A stretch of 34,176 bases of DNA, taken from NCBI RefSeq assembly GCF_001194135.2, contig NC_069003.1, positions 33,473,372 through 33,507,547 of the forward strand. The letters are read 5' to 3'. Position 1 is the stretch's first letter. Each line of letters starts with the position of its first letter. The notes under the pieces are model-generated. The model saw only the letters and a list, made by a program, of their open reading frames with translations, was not told the DNA's origin and searched no databases. Position numbers and translations under genes: made by a program. Source of the stretch: Octopus bimaculoides (taxonomy: Eukaryota). Positions 22,124 through 34,176 of the stretch are shown here, one piece after another.

Positions 22124-23496
22124 ATGGATTCGTTTGAATTTTCAGAAGAAGAAATAAGAAACGAACTTGCGCGGTTTGGGATTAAGGATATCGACCAGAG
22201 TACTTTACGTGAATTTCGAGAAGACCTTCTAAATTTGATGAAAGAAAGTAGTTACAATTCTCTTCAGAATGTTGCTAAATCCACTACAATTTCCCCTTCT
22301 TCCAGCAACTCACCTGTCACTTGTCCAAACTTGTCTCCGTCGTCTCCTCCGGAACCCTTTTCTATAACTTCTCCAACGTTCACATCACCAGCTGCCAAGA
22401 ACGTTGAAGATGCTAAGTCATGTCTAACTCACACAGGTAATTATTGTTCTGTTAATTCCATGGACCCGTCGTCTGTTACCGTTTCTCACAATCGGCCCCA
22501 GAATACAGCTGAAAGTTCCGAACACGTTGCTTATAGAAGCTCTCAGTTGTTCAACAGTGCCAATAAGGTAGATGGTCACTCGGAAATGACACTTAGCCAT
22601 CAATACACACACACTCAACAGCCACTGACTAATCGATCGGAAACAGAACATGAAAAACAGGAGAATCTCCTTCGAACTTTCACCAGAAAAAACATTCCGC
22701 AGGTAAATAGTTTTGATAATCCCAAGAACAAAGAAAACGCTTGGTCTCGTCATATTGCACCTTCGTCATCTTCCTCCTCCCTCTCATCACAAGAATCGGT
22801 CCCCAAACCATCACAAATCGCTTCCATCGACACCGAAAAACCTCCACTGCTAAACACTTATGTTACCAAGAGGAAGGTCTCCCGCAAAGGCCCCGATGGT
22901 AAACGTTATATCGACGAAAGTGAATCTGTGTGTAGTACCAGTACCGCAAGTAGTATCTGTGGCAGTTGCTGTAGCAGTATCGTTGACCCTGCTGAGTACC
23001 AGAATCGTCTGAGAGAGATAACAAACAGAGACGGCTATTTCTATCCGAGATCCCTAAGTTCCTGTGATAGCCGGCCCNNNNNNNNNNNNNNNNNNNNNNN
23101 NNNNNNNNNNNNNNNNNNNNNNNNNNNNNNNNNNNNNNNNNNNNNNNNNNNNNNNNNNNNNNNNNNNNNNNNNNNNNNNNNNNNNNNNNNNNAGTTACTC
23201 CAACACCGCCGAGGTTGAAGAAAAACAGAAAGACAGACCCCGTGAGCAGGTTCCGTGAATTTCAGAACTACTGGAACTTGCACAAGCCTCCCGGTGAAAA
23301 TAATCACAACGCCCTTCGGTGGAGCATTAAAGAGAAAATTGCCAAACACGATGTCATTGGAAGCCGTCCACGGAAAACTTTCGTGCCCAATAATTATGTG
23401 ATACCCTCACAAAACCCGAGACATTCTCTTCGATGGCAGATACGGACTGATCTTGCCTATGGTGTCATGCCAACCGTTGCCAGTTACGACTACTGA
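22124..23496 (+). CDS. HYLS1: Centriolar/ciliogenesis protein HYLS1 (hydrolethalus syndrome protein 1), apparently single-exon CDS interrupted by assembly gap 23078-23192
   Basis: C-terminal HYLS-1 box RKTDPVSRFREFQNYWNLHKPPGENNHNALRWSIKEK...FVPNNYVIPSQNPRHSLRWQIRTDLAYGVMP resembles human KTDRVARYFEYKRDW...PGEDHRKELRWGVRE...[31 protein letters not shown] (recalled). The central KRKVSRKGPDGKRYIDES resembles KRKVLRRKPDGEVLVTDES. ATG at 22124. The frame offset across the gap reflects the estimated N count. Confidence 0.9.
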
Positions 23497-24606
23497 GGAC
23501 GTTCTCTGTGTGTGTAGTTTTGCTTTTAATCAGTTCATTATTTTGTATGATTAGTTGTACAAATTAAGTTGTTGTATATATGCTGATGTATGTATAAGTT
23601 AACTTATATATGTTGATGTATGTACAAATCTTGTAAATGTCTCTAGATGTAGAAATATCTTCACTAGAATGAACATACCTCTTCTCGCTCTTATTTCAAC
23701 CTGGTATTTATTGTTCTATATTTATCAAATGAAATTATGCGTTAGCATACTGCAACACAACACCATTTTAAACTGACACGCACAAATGTGTATATGTCTC
23801 TCTCTATGTATATATACACACATTCTTTTGTTCTTTTACTTGTTTCAGTCATCTGACCGCGGCCTTGCTGGGGCATCGCCTTGAAGGGTTGTAGTTGAAC
23901 AAATCGACCCCAGGACTATTGGTCTTCTTTACTGAACCACTAAGTTACGGGGACGTAAATACACCAACACTGGTTGTCAAGTAGTGATGGGAGGACAAAC
24001 ACAGACACACATATATATTTACAAAGAGCCTTTTTCAATTTCTGTCTACCAAATCCATTCATGAGGCTTTGGTTGGCCTGAGACTGTAGTAGAAGACACT
24101 TGCCCAAGGTACCACGCAATGGGATTGAACCCAGACCCATGTGGTTGGGAAGCGCCTATTCACATACATACATGGCAGACTTCAACAGTTTCAGTCTACC
24201 AGATTCTACTCACAAAGCATCGGCCAACATGAGGTTATTGTAATCAACACATGCCTCAAGTACCATGCAGTGGGATTGAATCTGTCGTGAACGAAGAACG
24301 AAGAAGAATTACATGCGCAATCAGTATATATGTGCAAGCAAACTTGTTGGGTACTCATCCAAGCCTGCACTCATGTATATATTTCTTCATATATATAAAC
24401 TTTTACTTTCTATCTCATTGGCAGAATCGTTAGCACACCAGGCGAAATGCTTAGTGGTATTTTGTCTGTCGCTATGTTCTGAGTTCAAATTCCGCTGAGG
24501 TCGACTTTGCCTTTCATCCTTTTGGGGTCTATCTAATCAACTAGCCCCCTCCTCCAAAATTTCAGGCCTTGTACTGAGAGTAGAAAAGATATATATATAT
24601 ATATGT

Positions 24607-24640
<34 letters not shown>

Positions 24641-25907
24641 AAAGTTGTTTGTATGCTGTAAATATGCATATATATATATATAAACATCTATCTATAGTCT
24701 GAATAATATATAGTCTATTGACTAATTTTTTTCTTCTCACTAGACCACTGGTAGCAAATAGAATTTCTAAAATTATTTGCTACCCTGAGATATATATATA
24801 TATATGTATGTATGTAGTAACAGAAAAATGAGAAAAAATAAGCTTGCTGTTTCCATCCGGAGAACATATTTTAGTAACACTTGGATACCAGTTATAAAAG
24901 ACATCTAATGACCTGAACACTTCCTTGAGAATGGCTTAACTACTCTACTCTTTTCTTATTTATACTCTTGATTGACTTGGTTTAATAAATTATTGTTGAT
25001 TGTGGGCTTGTTTAATTTTTGCTTTTCATTTGATTACTAATTTCTTGTCAATCGCAGTGCCAGTCAAATTGATGGCTGTCCCACACCAAGATTCAGTTTC
25101 TGTCTACCAAATCCACTCGCAAGGCTTTGGTCAGCCTGAGGCTGTAATCGAGGACACTTGCTCAAAATCCCTACACAGTGGGACTGAACCCATCAAAAAA
25201 TACCTTAGGAATGAGAACCCAGGTTCGAAATTTCCCTGATGAAGGCTGGAGGGTATATCAACCGAAACGTTGTGTTAACAACAAACAAGATGAGGACAAA
25301 TATCCGTCAAATGTAAATAATATGTAGTAGGATGTTTGCTTCCCAACCACCTGCTAATATCTGTCAAATGTAAATAATATAAATAATGTACATAATTCCT
25401 CATCTCTTAAATATAGAACTGTATTCCTACTACACAGCCACATTGTGTAGTTTTCCTAGAATTTCCACAACCTGTCTAGAAAGACCAGGTGATCAAAAAT
25501 TCATCTATCGTGTATGGGATTATCTTTACCTAATACTTGAATATTGGAGGCTGATTTAATCAGCCATGTCTGTCCTTCATGTCTAAGGTCTTCTGTTTGT
25601 TAAAGATTTTAATATCACAAATTTTGTTAGCAATTAAGCAATTAAGATGATGCAGAAATAAAAACAAAGGCAAAAACAGAGAGGTTGAGGTGGTGAAGTG
25701 GCAGGGAAGGTAATTAATTATTTAATTATTTACAAATAAAAAAAGGTTTGTTTTTCTTATTTTGAGGCAGACTTGTTTTTGTTTTTGATGTTCTTTACAG
25801 CAGCTAAACCCTGTTTCTGTGACCAGAAGATGTGAGTCCATATGGTATGTGTATACTTGTGTGTATGAAGGTGTGAGAGTGTATATGTGTAGTGTGAATG
25901 TGTATAG

Positions 25908-25928
25908 TTTATTTTTTTGCATTTTATT
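25908..25928 (-). promoter_or_regulatory. Two candidate AATAAA polyadenylation signals of BMP-B
   Basis: TTTATT at 25923-25928 and 25908-25913, ~380-400 nt downstream of the BMP-B stop. Confidence 0.4.
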
Positions 25929-26308
25929 GTTTTCAGCAGTATTCTTGAGGACCTTACCAACTGTAACAATGAATTGAAGGACGCATACAGATATATATAC
26001 ATGCATACATACACTCACACACAGACAGCCATACACACACACACAGCCATACACATTCATTCATCATATGTCCATAGAGACTGTACATAAAAAAATACTA
26101 AATCCTGATACCTGCAAATGTGCAACATTTGTTGCACACTCAAATTGAAAACACAAAAGAAAAAGAAAAAGCAGGACAGTGGCATTGCAAGTGCACTCAG
26201 CCGTCCCATGCACACATGCATCAATGTCTTTCGGCTAGCAGGAGTCCAATGAATGTGTGTGTGTGTGTGCAATACAGTGTTACAAGACGTAGAGGTATGG
26301 GGTGAACA

Positions 26309-29300
26309 CTAGTGACAGCCACAAGCCTTCACCTTCATACTTCGATATTTCTTGAGAATGACATTGGAATTATCATCAAAGTAGAGCACAGAGATGGCAC
26401 TCAGTTTGGTAGGGGAACAGCATGGCTTAGGCATTGTCTGAGATTTCACTGTGTGAAGCAACAGTTGTACAATGGCATGATTTGTGGCGTTCATATTCAG
26501 ACCGAGTGGAAATATGCAGTCGCCGTCGCAGTAGAATGCAGAGTAACCCTCAGGTGCAATGATCCAACTCTGTGGGGGAGAAAAAAAGGAGAAAATAAAG
26601 AAAAAGGCAAATGAAGATATAATTATGTCTTTTAATTGATTCCTTACACAGGAAAGGGGCCAGAAATTTGTGACACACACAAATACACACATGCAGATTC
26701 ATGTACACTCAGATATACACATGGATACATAAATGCACACAGATACATATGCAGACACAAATAGAGACATGCATAGATGCACACACACAAATACATAGAT
26801 ACACGCATATAGATATATACATGTACAAACACAGATACATACATACACCATACACACACACACACACACAGTTACGCACATGTACACATGATGGACTCCT
26901 TCAGTTACTGTCGACCACTTTCACTCACCAAAAATGCAGAGAGAAACAAAAGCCTTACCTGCCAACCTAAAGCTTCAAAGTCAACATACATTGTATTTCT
27001 TTGGCAGACTGGTCGTACATAACGTCCTAGAAGAAGAGAACAGAGAGAGAGTGAAACATGTAGAACAAAACATTAATATTCTTTGCTACTCTAAGCACAA
27101 GGCCTGAAATTTTGGGGGAGGGGTGTCAGTCGATCAAATTGACCCCAGTATGCAACTGGTACGAAAGGCAAAGTCGACCTCAGGAGAGGGGAAGGCGTTG
27201 AACTAGCAGAATCATTACTGTGCTGAGCAAAATACTTAGAGGCATGAGTGTATTTGAAATGGAATAATTTAAGAAGAGAGTGGAGTGAACAGTGTGATTG
27301 CAGAATCCCAAAAGCACAAGTTCTGCTGGGGCTGGACATCCTACGAGATTTACAGACAACAGGTGGACCTGCACAATTGCTGAATGGTAACCAAGAGATC
27401 AGAAAAGGCCACTTTGAAGGCCTCCATGATGGTCATTTGAAAGGCCGACTGAATGGGCAACAGTAGTTATGTAATCCCTGTTGTGTGTGTGTATACACTT
27501 AAACCAAACATTACATGAAATGCAGAGCTAGCTCCTTTAGTTTCATATTTAAGACAAAAATTGCCCATTACCCAATGAGATTAAATCTGTGATATTTGAG
27601 GTGCCTCTAAATTACATATTCTTTTCTACTCTAGGCACAAGGCCTGAAATATTTTTGGGGAGGTGGCCAATCGATTAGATTGACCCCAGTACACAACTGG
27701 TACTTAATTTATTGACCCCAAAAGGATGAAAGTCAACCCCGGCAGAATTTGAACTCAGAATATAAAGACGGATGAAATACCGCTAAGCATTTTGCCCGGT
27801 GTGCAAATGTTTCTGCCAGCTCACATTAGTATTATTAGTATTATTATCATTATTACTATTATCATTATATATTGCAATCAATCTTTGAATGAAATCTTTA
27901 GTACATAATGATTAATAGTGACTGCAGAATATTTTAAATTTCAGTGTAGTACATGTTATCATTGGGCCACTATATGACTTTTGTGACATGATTGTAACCG
28001 CAAAGTAGAACAGCAAAAGAAAATGATGACTAACGTGTCCGTCTCCACGTTGACTGAGAATCATCCCGACGTGAGACTGCTGTACGAGTATCCATTTGCC
28101 GGCGTGCAGAACGTGTTCGTCGTACATGAAGCTGTCGACTCATCTTGAAAAAGCAGACCAAAAACGCCTGTTTATCAGGGTCTCCTCTATGTCCTACGAT
28201 ACCGATATGGTTGGGTCTTAATTCCTGACCTACAACAGTGGAAAGAAAAGAAAAGAAAGTAAATATGGGTCAATAAATGGAACAGTAAATCAGAATGGGA
28301 AATAAAGGGTAAGAGAAAAAGACTAAAACATGAGCAGTTAAGGACTTTTAAAGCTCAACACTTTAGCATTTAAACTGGCCATATCCGGCCCAAATATTCT
28401 GTTGTGTGTGTCTGTGTATTTGTTTGTTTCCCACTCACCCATCACTTGACAACTGGTGTTAATTTGTTTTTGTTTATGACCCTGTGACTTGGTGGTTCAA
28501 CAAAAAGAGAATGATAGAGTAAGTACCAGACTTAAAAAATCATAAGTACTGGGGTTGATTCGCTTGGCTAAAACCCTTCAAGGTGGTGCCCCACCTGAGC
28601 TGCAGTTGAAAGACTGAAACATATAAAAAAATAAAAAGATGATTAAATAAAAGAACCAAAAAAAAAAATGTATGAAAATCCCACCTGTGCTCATGTCAGT
28701 GATTCTGAGGTAAAGACCCATATTGGAAGCTGGCATGATGGTCCAAGAGTCGGCAGCATTGGTAACATTCATTAAGATCCAACCTTCAAAGTCAGAAGAC
28801 ACCAAATGATTGGTTTCAGGAACCAAAATCTTGTCTCTGAAACAAAAGAAAAAATTCTTTATTAAAACACAAATGGTTGGAAGCAACATTTTAAAGGAAG
28901 AACAAACGAGAAGCTGTGATGTACATGCCTTTCTTCTTCCAATGAACAGTATTAGTAACATGAGAGAACTAATATAAGCTAGTCAGGTAACTTTGTAATT
29001 AGTCAACCAGTGAAGTACCCCCCACAATGAACTCAACCCTTTTACTTTAACATTGTAGGGGCGGGGTTTTGATTTCCCAATCTCAAGATGGTAAAAAAAG
29101 TTCCCAACTCAAGTGTGTTTAGTAGCTCTGGCTGGATATGTGGTTCTGAATTATACAAAAGCCAAAAGACAGAGACAGGTGAGGGAACAATAGACAGGTG
29201 GATCTGTTTGATGCTCAGCAAAAATGCAAGAAGAAGTCTTTGATGTTTCAAGCCTACACTTTTCTGGATATCTCTACTGATGAAATCCTGAAGTTCAGCC

Positions 29301-32037
29301 TAAACTAACAGGCTGACTGGCACACATACATACACATGCATGCACACACACACACACAAGAGATACACCAGCAACAAACCACAAATATACAGACACTATG
29401 AAAGGAGCACTAAAATATACACATACCAACACATGGACACTATCAAAAGGGCACCAACCACACACAGAAAAACATTATTAACCCTTTTGTTACCAATCTG
29501 ACTGAAACCACCTCTGGCTCTGTAGTACAAATGTCTTGTTTTCACAAGTTCTAAATTAAAATCTTCCACCAAACCTTAGTCACAATTTATGTTCCTAACA
29601 CTAGCCTAATGATAACGAAGTTATTTTACTAAATTCTTTGTTATNNNNNNNNNNTCACAATTTATGTTCCTAACACTAGCCTAATGATAACGAAGTTATT
29701 TTACTAAATTCTTTGTTATATTCAAAATTAATTGAAAGAAACATAGAGCATCTCAAAATAAATATGGTAATGAAAGAGTTAAAGGAGAACCAACATATGC
29801 ACTCACACACTGTTATCATACAGACCTATCACATTATCCCAAATGCACACAGCCACACACACATACTAATACCCCCCCCCCCCCNNNNNNNNNNNNNNNN
29901 NNNNNNNNNNNNNNNNNNNCCCCCATCAGATGATAAGGCTCCACTGCACCCATCCCATTCCTTGTCTTCTAAGGAATCACAGAAGCCACAGACCATGATA
30001 TAGAAACTCTTTCAGCCTCTCTCTTTCACACAGTTACACACAAACATAAACATATGTAGCTGCACACCCACACAGATACACAAAGCTACACACACATACA
30101 TACAGCCCCCACACACATACAAACAAAACTACACACTCACACAGACACACAAAGCTACACACACACACACATACACACACACTATGTTTTCCAATTATAA
30201 TTTCAGACATGTCTTATTAATTAACACAGACATACTTTTACAGATGGAACTACAACAGCATGAAGTGCTGTCGCCAACACCACTGTATACACTAACTTAT
30301 AAAAACAATATCCAAGTTACTCCTGGAATGTACCAAACTTCCCAAGAAACACCATTCTACAAGACTCAGTGGAAAATGAGAAAAGAAGAGCGAGGGTGAG
30401 ACAGAGGATGGGTGGCAGTTGTCTGTCTTCCAAAGCCATATTTCTAATATTCTGTCTATACGTTTTGGTTGTTGGAAAATAATTATGAATTTGAGGAGGT
30501 TTGATAAAATAACATTATTATTATTACCCTTGGTGTTCAGGGAGATCTTCGACAGTGGGGTTCTTTGATTATCCCTAGAAGTCATTTTGTATCAGGAGAA
30601 CTACATCTCTATCTTTACCCCACTTCTTTTTTGTTAACCTTTGTATAATGGGTGTATTTCCCTTCCTTTTCATTGTATACCGGGTATACTTACTCTTTTT
30701 TATTTGCTTATTTATTTATTTTATCATTTCATTATAAGTAAACCCCAACACTTAGGAGTAAAGATTATTTGCCAACATAACATGACAGTCCTGGTTTAGG
30801 ATGAATGTTGCTGTAATTTAGCCCCAGGAGACATCGTCTCCAGCTGGCTATACAACAGGATCTGTGTCCTTATATTTTCAAACAAGGGAATCTAGCACCC
30901 CCACTCAGCTCAAAACAATATCTGTGTATAGTGATTTCCGGGTGCTAGATTCCCTTGTTCGAAAATATAAGGACACAGATCCTGTTGTATAGCCAGCTGG
31001 AGATGATGTCTGCTGGGGCTAAATTACAGCAGCATTTGTCCTAAACCAGGACTGCCATGTTATGTTGGCAAATAATCTTTACTCCAAAGTACTGTTGCTG
31101 AATATCTCTTGTTGTGAGATCTAAAAATATTAATTTCCCCCACACTTTGTTCTGTATTGTCCCCCTCCCCCTCCGTCCTGGTGGCAAATAAATGAAGTCA
31201 TTATTATTATTATTATCATTGGTTTCAAATCTTGGCACCAGGCCAGCAATTTTAGGGGAGGGGATGAGTGAATTACATTAACCTCAGAGTTTAACAGGTA
31301 CTTATTTTATCGACCCTGAAAGGATGAAAGGCAAAGTCGACCTCAGCGGAATTTGAACTCAGAATCTGAAACCAATATCAAAAATTTTAAGGCAGTGAGC
31401 TAGCAGAATCAGTAGAGCATCGGATAGAATCTTTAGTGTTCTGTCTTTTTATGTTTAGAGTTCAAATTTTGCTAAGGCTTGATAAAATAAGTACAAGTCA
31501 AGCATTGGGGGTCAATGTATTCGACTAATCCCTCCTCTAAAAATTGCTGGCTTTGTGTCAAAATTAGAGAGAAATATTACAAATTTTAATCACATTAACA
31601 TGTGTGAACGTGTATTTTAAAACGGTTTTCTTTTAAGTTAGCAATCAAAAACTTTGAAGTCATAAATAATTGGAGAGGATTTATTTCTGGTTACTGCAGG
31701 GAAGGAAGAGATATTTTTAGACACAAGAAAGGAAAACTTGCATGTTGTGGAGTCCATTCTTAATCCCAGCAATATTAAAAAGGAAATGGTACTAATTAAG
31801 AATTCAAAACTGCGTCATAAAATTATTAATAATAGTAAATTCAAATTATGATAAATGTAAACAAACAAACGAAGTTTGCTTTTAGAAGTGTTGAGATGTC
31901 TTAGAAAGTTAAAGAAGTGATTTTAAATTCTCAAACGGCCGCCTACACTTTTTTTCTGCAAAATAGGGGTAGTTTATCCTGTTCAGGCTATATTATTAGC
32001 ATTATTCTGCGTTTGAGAATTTAAAATCACTTCTTTA

Positions 32038-32087
<50 letters not shown>

Positions 32088-32700
32088 CATGATGATGTTG
32101 ATAATAATAAGAATAATTTTTGTCACAAGGGCAGCTTGGGGGAGGTGGGGCAAGTCGATTACATTGACCCCAGTGTTCAATTGGTACTTAATTTATGGAC
32201 TCACAAGGCTTTTGGTTGGCCTGAATCTATAATAGAAGACATTTGCCCCAAAGTGACATGTGGTGAAGAAATTACTAAAACAGAAAAAAACAGAAAGCCT
32301 GAAAATGCCAAGCAAAAAAAAAAGGGGGAAAAAAATTAAGAGCAAAAACAAAACCAAAGAAAAAAAAANNNNNNNNNNGGGGGGGGGCATGGGCTCAGGG
32401 AAGAGTTCAGAATCTTGAAAATGTTCATTGCTGACATCATGTGAAGTTAGTTAATGAATTGTGACAGATCAAAGAGTAAAAGATGGGTGCTGCAAGAAGA
32501 GGAGAGGGAAGAGAAGGAAGGGAGGGTATGTATGTGTGTATGTGTGTGTTTGTGTGTAGGTGTGTGAGTGTGTGTAGCCTGCTGGGGTTGGGTCTTTATG
32601 TAGGGGTGATCATGAGTGTGGAGTTGTAGAGGTTTATCTATATAAGTGTGCCTACATATGTGTGGAAGTGAGGTGATAACAGGAGGAAATGATGATGGGA

Positions 32701-32734
<34 letters not shown>

Positions 32735-32987
32735 CTGTCTTAATCTATGTATGACAGCTTCAAACAACCAAACTAAAAGTATATACAGACATATGTAAGG
32801 AAAATGGTGGTGGTGGTTGTGGTGGTGGCTCCAATAGAAATCAATTAAATCCACAAAAAGAGGCATAGAGGGGGGGGGGCAAAACTGGTGNNNNNNNNNN
32901 NNNNNNNNNNNNNNNNNNNGTGGTGGGGATGGTGGAGGATGTGAGAGAAGGAAACCAATGAAAAGTGCTGAGTATGCAAGTGTGTGC

Positions 32988-33021
<34 letters not shown>

Positions 33022-34168
33022 CTGTCAAAGTTGCTGAATAAGAACAATTTGTTATCAACAAGTCTTGAATCAATAAATCAAATGTTGTTGTTATTCTTTA
33101 GCCCTGGGTTGATACTGGTTGAGCAAACCAATGATCATAGGCTTTCCAGCTGTGACCATCCTGTTTTAAGGTAAGATGGTCACAACTGGAATGCCTATGA
33201 AGGAGTTTCTCTGTGGTTTCTAGATCTGCCAAAAACAGCAACCAAATTTCTTGACACCTATATGAACAACATTAGCATCTTCCCAACCTTTCAAGTTATC
33301 ACCAACCTCTCATGATTCTAGCATCAACAAGTGGAGATATCCAATGGGTTTATTTCCTCCATTTTCTCCCCACACTTCTGCAGGTATTTTGTCCCCTCCT
33401 GGGACCTTTCTACCTGTGACTTGCATGGTTGCAATCAATATACTTTCTCCACATTTGATGGCTCATTCTTCGATACATCAACCGTGTGGTATATCGCATT
33501 TTCCAAAGTTTACCAATTGATGTGTCTTGGTTCACTGATTAATTGCTGGAAGGGATCTGCGAAACAGTTTGGTACTTGTCCCCTATTCTCAAAACATTGT
33601 TGATTCACCAGCTGAGCCACAACCCTCTTATGTACAACCTACAGTGCAACACAGAAGCTACACACATGACTGAAATTAGCAACTTGATCTCTTTGTTTTC
33701 TCACCTTCTTTCATCTTTTATCTGTTGCCTGTTTTGGTCATTAGGCAGTGGCCATGCTGGGATACCACCATAAAGAATTAGTAGGAAAAGTCATATTTTT
33801 CACACCACATTGTGAAAGTCTTGACACCACCCACTACTATTTGTAGGGGGTGGTATCAAATTTTAATGACCTTCCCTCCTGATGTAAGTTAGAGGATTGC
33901 CTCCACACGAGTGAGTGTATATAAAAGTTGTGACACGAATCCAGTTCAAGTGATGATGGGTGTAGAACCGATGTCAATACTTACTGTTCATCAACTCCCT
34001 GTTGGATGGTAAACACCTCAATACGATAAGTTGTATGGCGACCACGTCTGTCCTTGCTTTTATACAACCTCAGTTCGGCCCCTGTCACTGTCTCTTGTGG
34101 GGACACTTCTCCAAAGTCAAAGAAGAAAGTTCGATCCCTTTCATGGCGAAGGAAATGGATTTTGTGCA
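26309..34168 (-). CDS. BMP5-8: BMP5-8 ligand, copy B; 5'-partial. Exons 34168-33985, 28836-28685, 28229-28035, 27026-26959, 26569-26309 (stop)
   Basis: Reverse-complement paralogue of copy A with the same exon lengths (152, 195, 68, 261 nt). It has an extra upstream prodomain exon ([36 protein letters not shown]...), which resembles BMP7 [24 protein letters not shown]. Splice sites are canonical and there are no stops or frameshifts. Confidence 0.94.
27260..27470 (+). mobile_element. Decayed RTE-clade LINE 3' fragment in a BMP-B intron
   Basis: [27 protein letters not shown] resembles the RTE C-terminal WAGH...DNRW...W.PR..KRP.GRP motif. Confidence 0.55.
30750..31090. mobile_element. Palindromic MITE-like element: 151-bp arms (30750-30900 / 30940-31090), 39-bp loop
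   Basis: About 8 mismatches over 151 bp when the arms are compared by hand. Confidence 0.85.
33190..33620 (-). mobile_element. Decayed RTE-clade LINE reverse-transcriptase N-terminal fragment
   Basis: [14 protein letters not shown] and [10 protein letters not shown]...NHR resemble the K(A/S)PG.D.IPAE.W / W..A.IVPI.KK / NYR RT motifs; multiple frameshifts. Confidence 0.55.
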
Positions 34169-34176
34169 CTGCAAAT

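Noticed and set aside
23078-23218. Frameshift or premature stop in HYLS1 implied by the ORF track
   Set aside because: It arises from the estimated N count; the conserved box is intact in the other frame.
1524-34168. Two BMP copies as uncollapsed haplotypes
   Set aside because: Introns differ greatly in length and repeat content, and the central exons are ~6% diverged. Disfavoured, though not formally excluded without read depth.

Overview
Eukaryotic, repeat- and microsatellite-rich draft-assembly window with many N gaps. The interspersed repeats resemble those of Octopus; this is an inference. Four protein-coding genes can be rebuilt from GT-AG exons. (1) The last four exons of a BMP5-8/gbb-type TGF-beta ligand on + (1524-5490). 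(2) A complete 7-exon, 525-aa flavin amine oxidase-fold gene on + (11421-17797) with a signal peptide, C-terminal KEEL and several canonical catalytic residues replaced. (3) An apparently intronless HYLS1 on + (22124-23496, interrupted by a gap). (4) A second BMP5-8 copy on - (34168-26309, five exons visible). The two BMP genes form an inverted, tail-to-tail duplicate pair enclosing the other two genes. Their divergence is mosaic: 16 differences in 263 nt across two central exons, 1 in 152 nt in the upstream exon, and 0 in the 261-nt terminal exon. The rest is SINE-like repeats, decayed LINE and Tc1/mariner fragments, MITE/foldback palindromes and a 30-bp minisatellite. Best candidates for undescribed biology: the partly homogenised BMP5-8 paralogue pair, and an ER-retained amine-oxidase-like probable pseudoenzyme.
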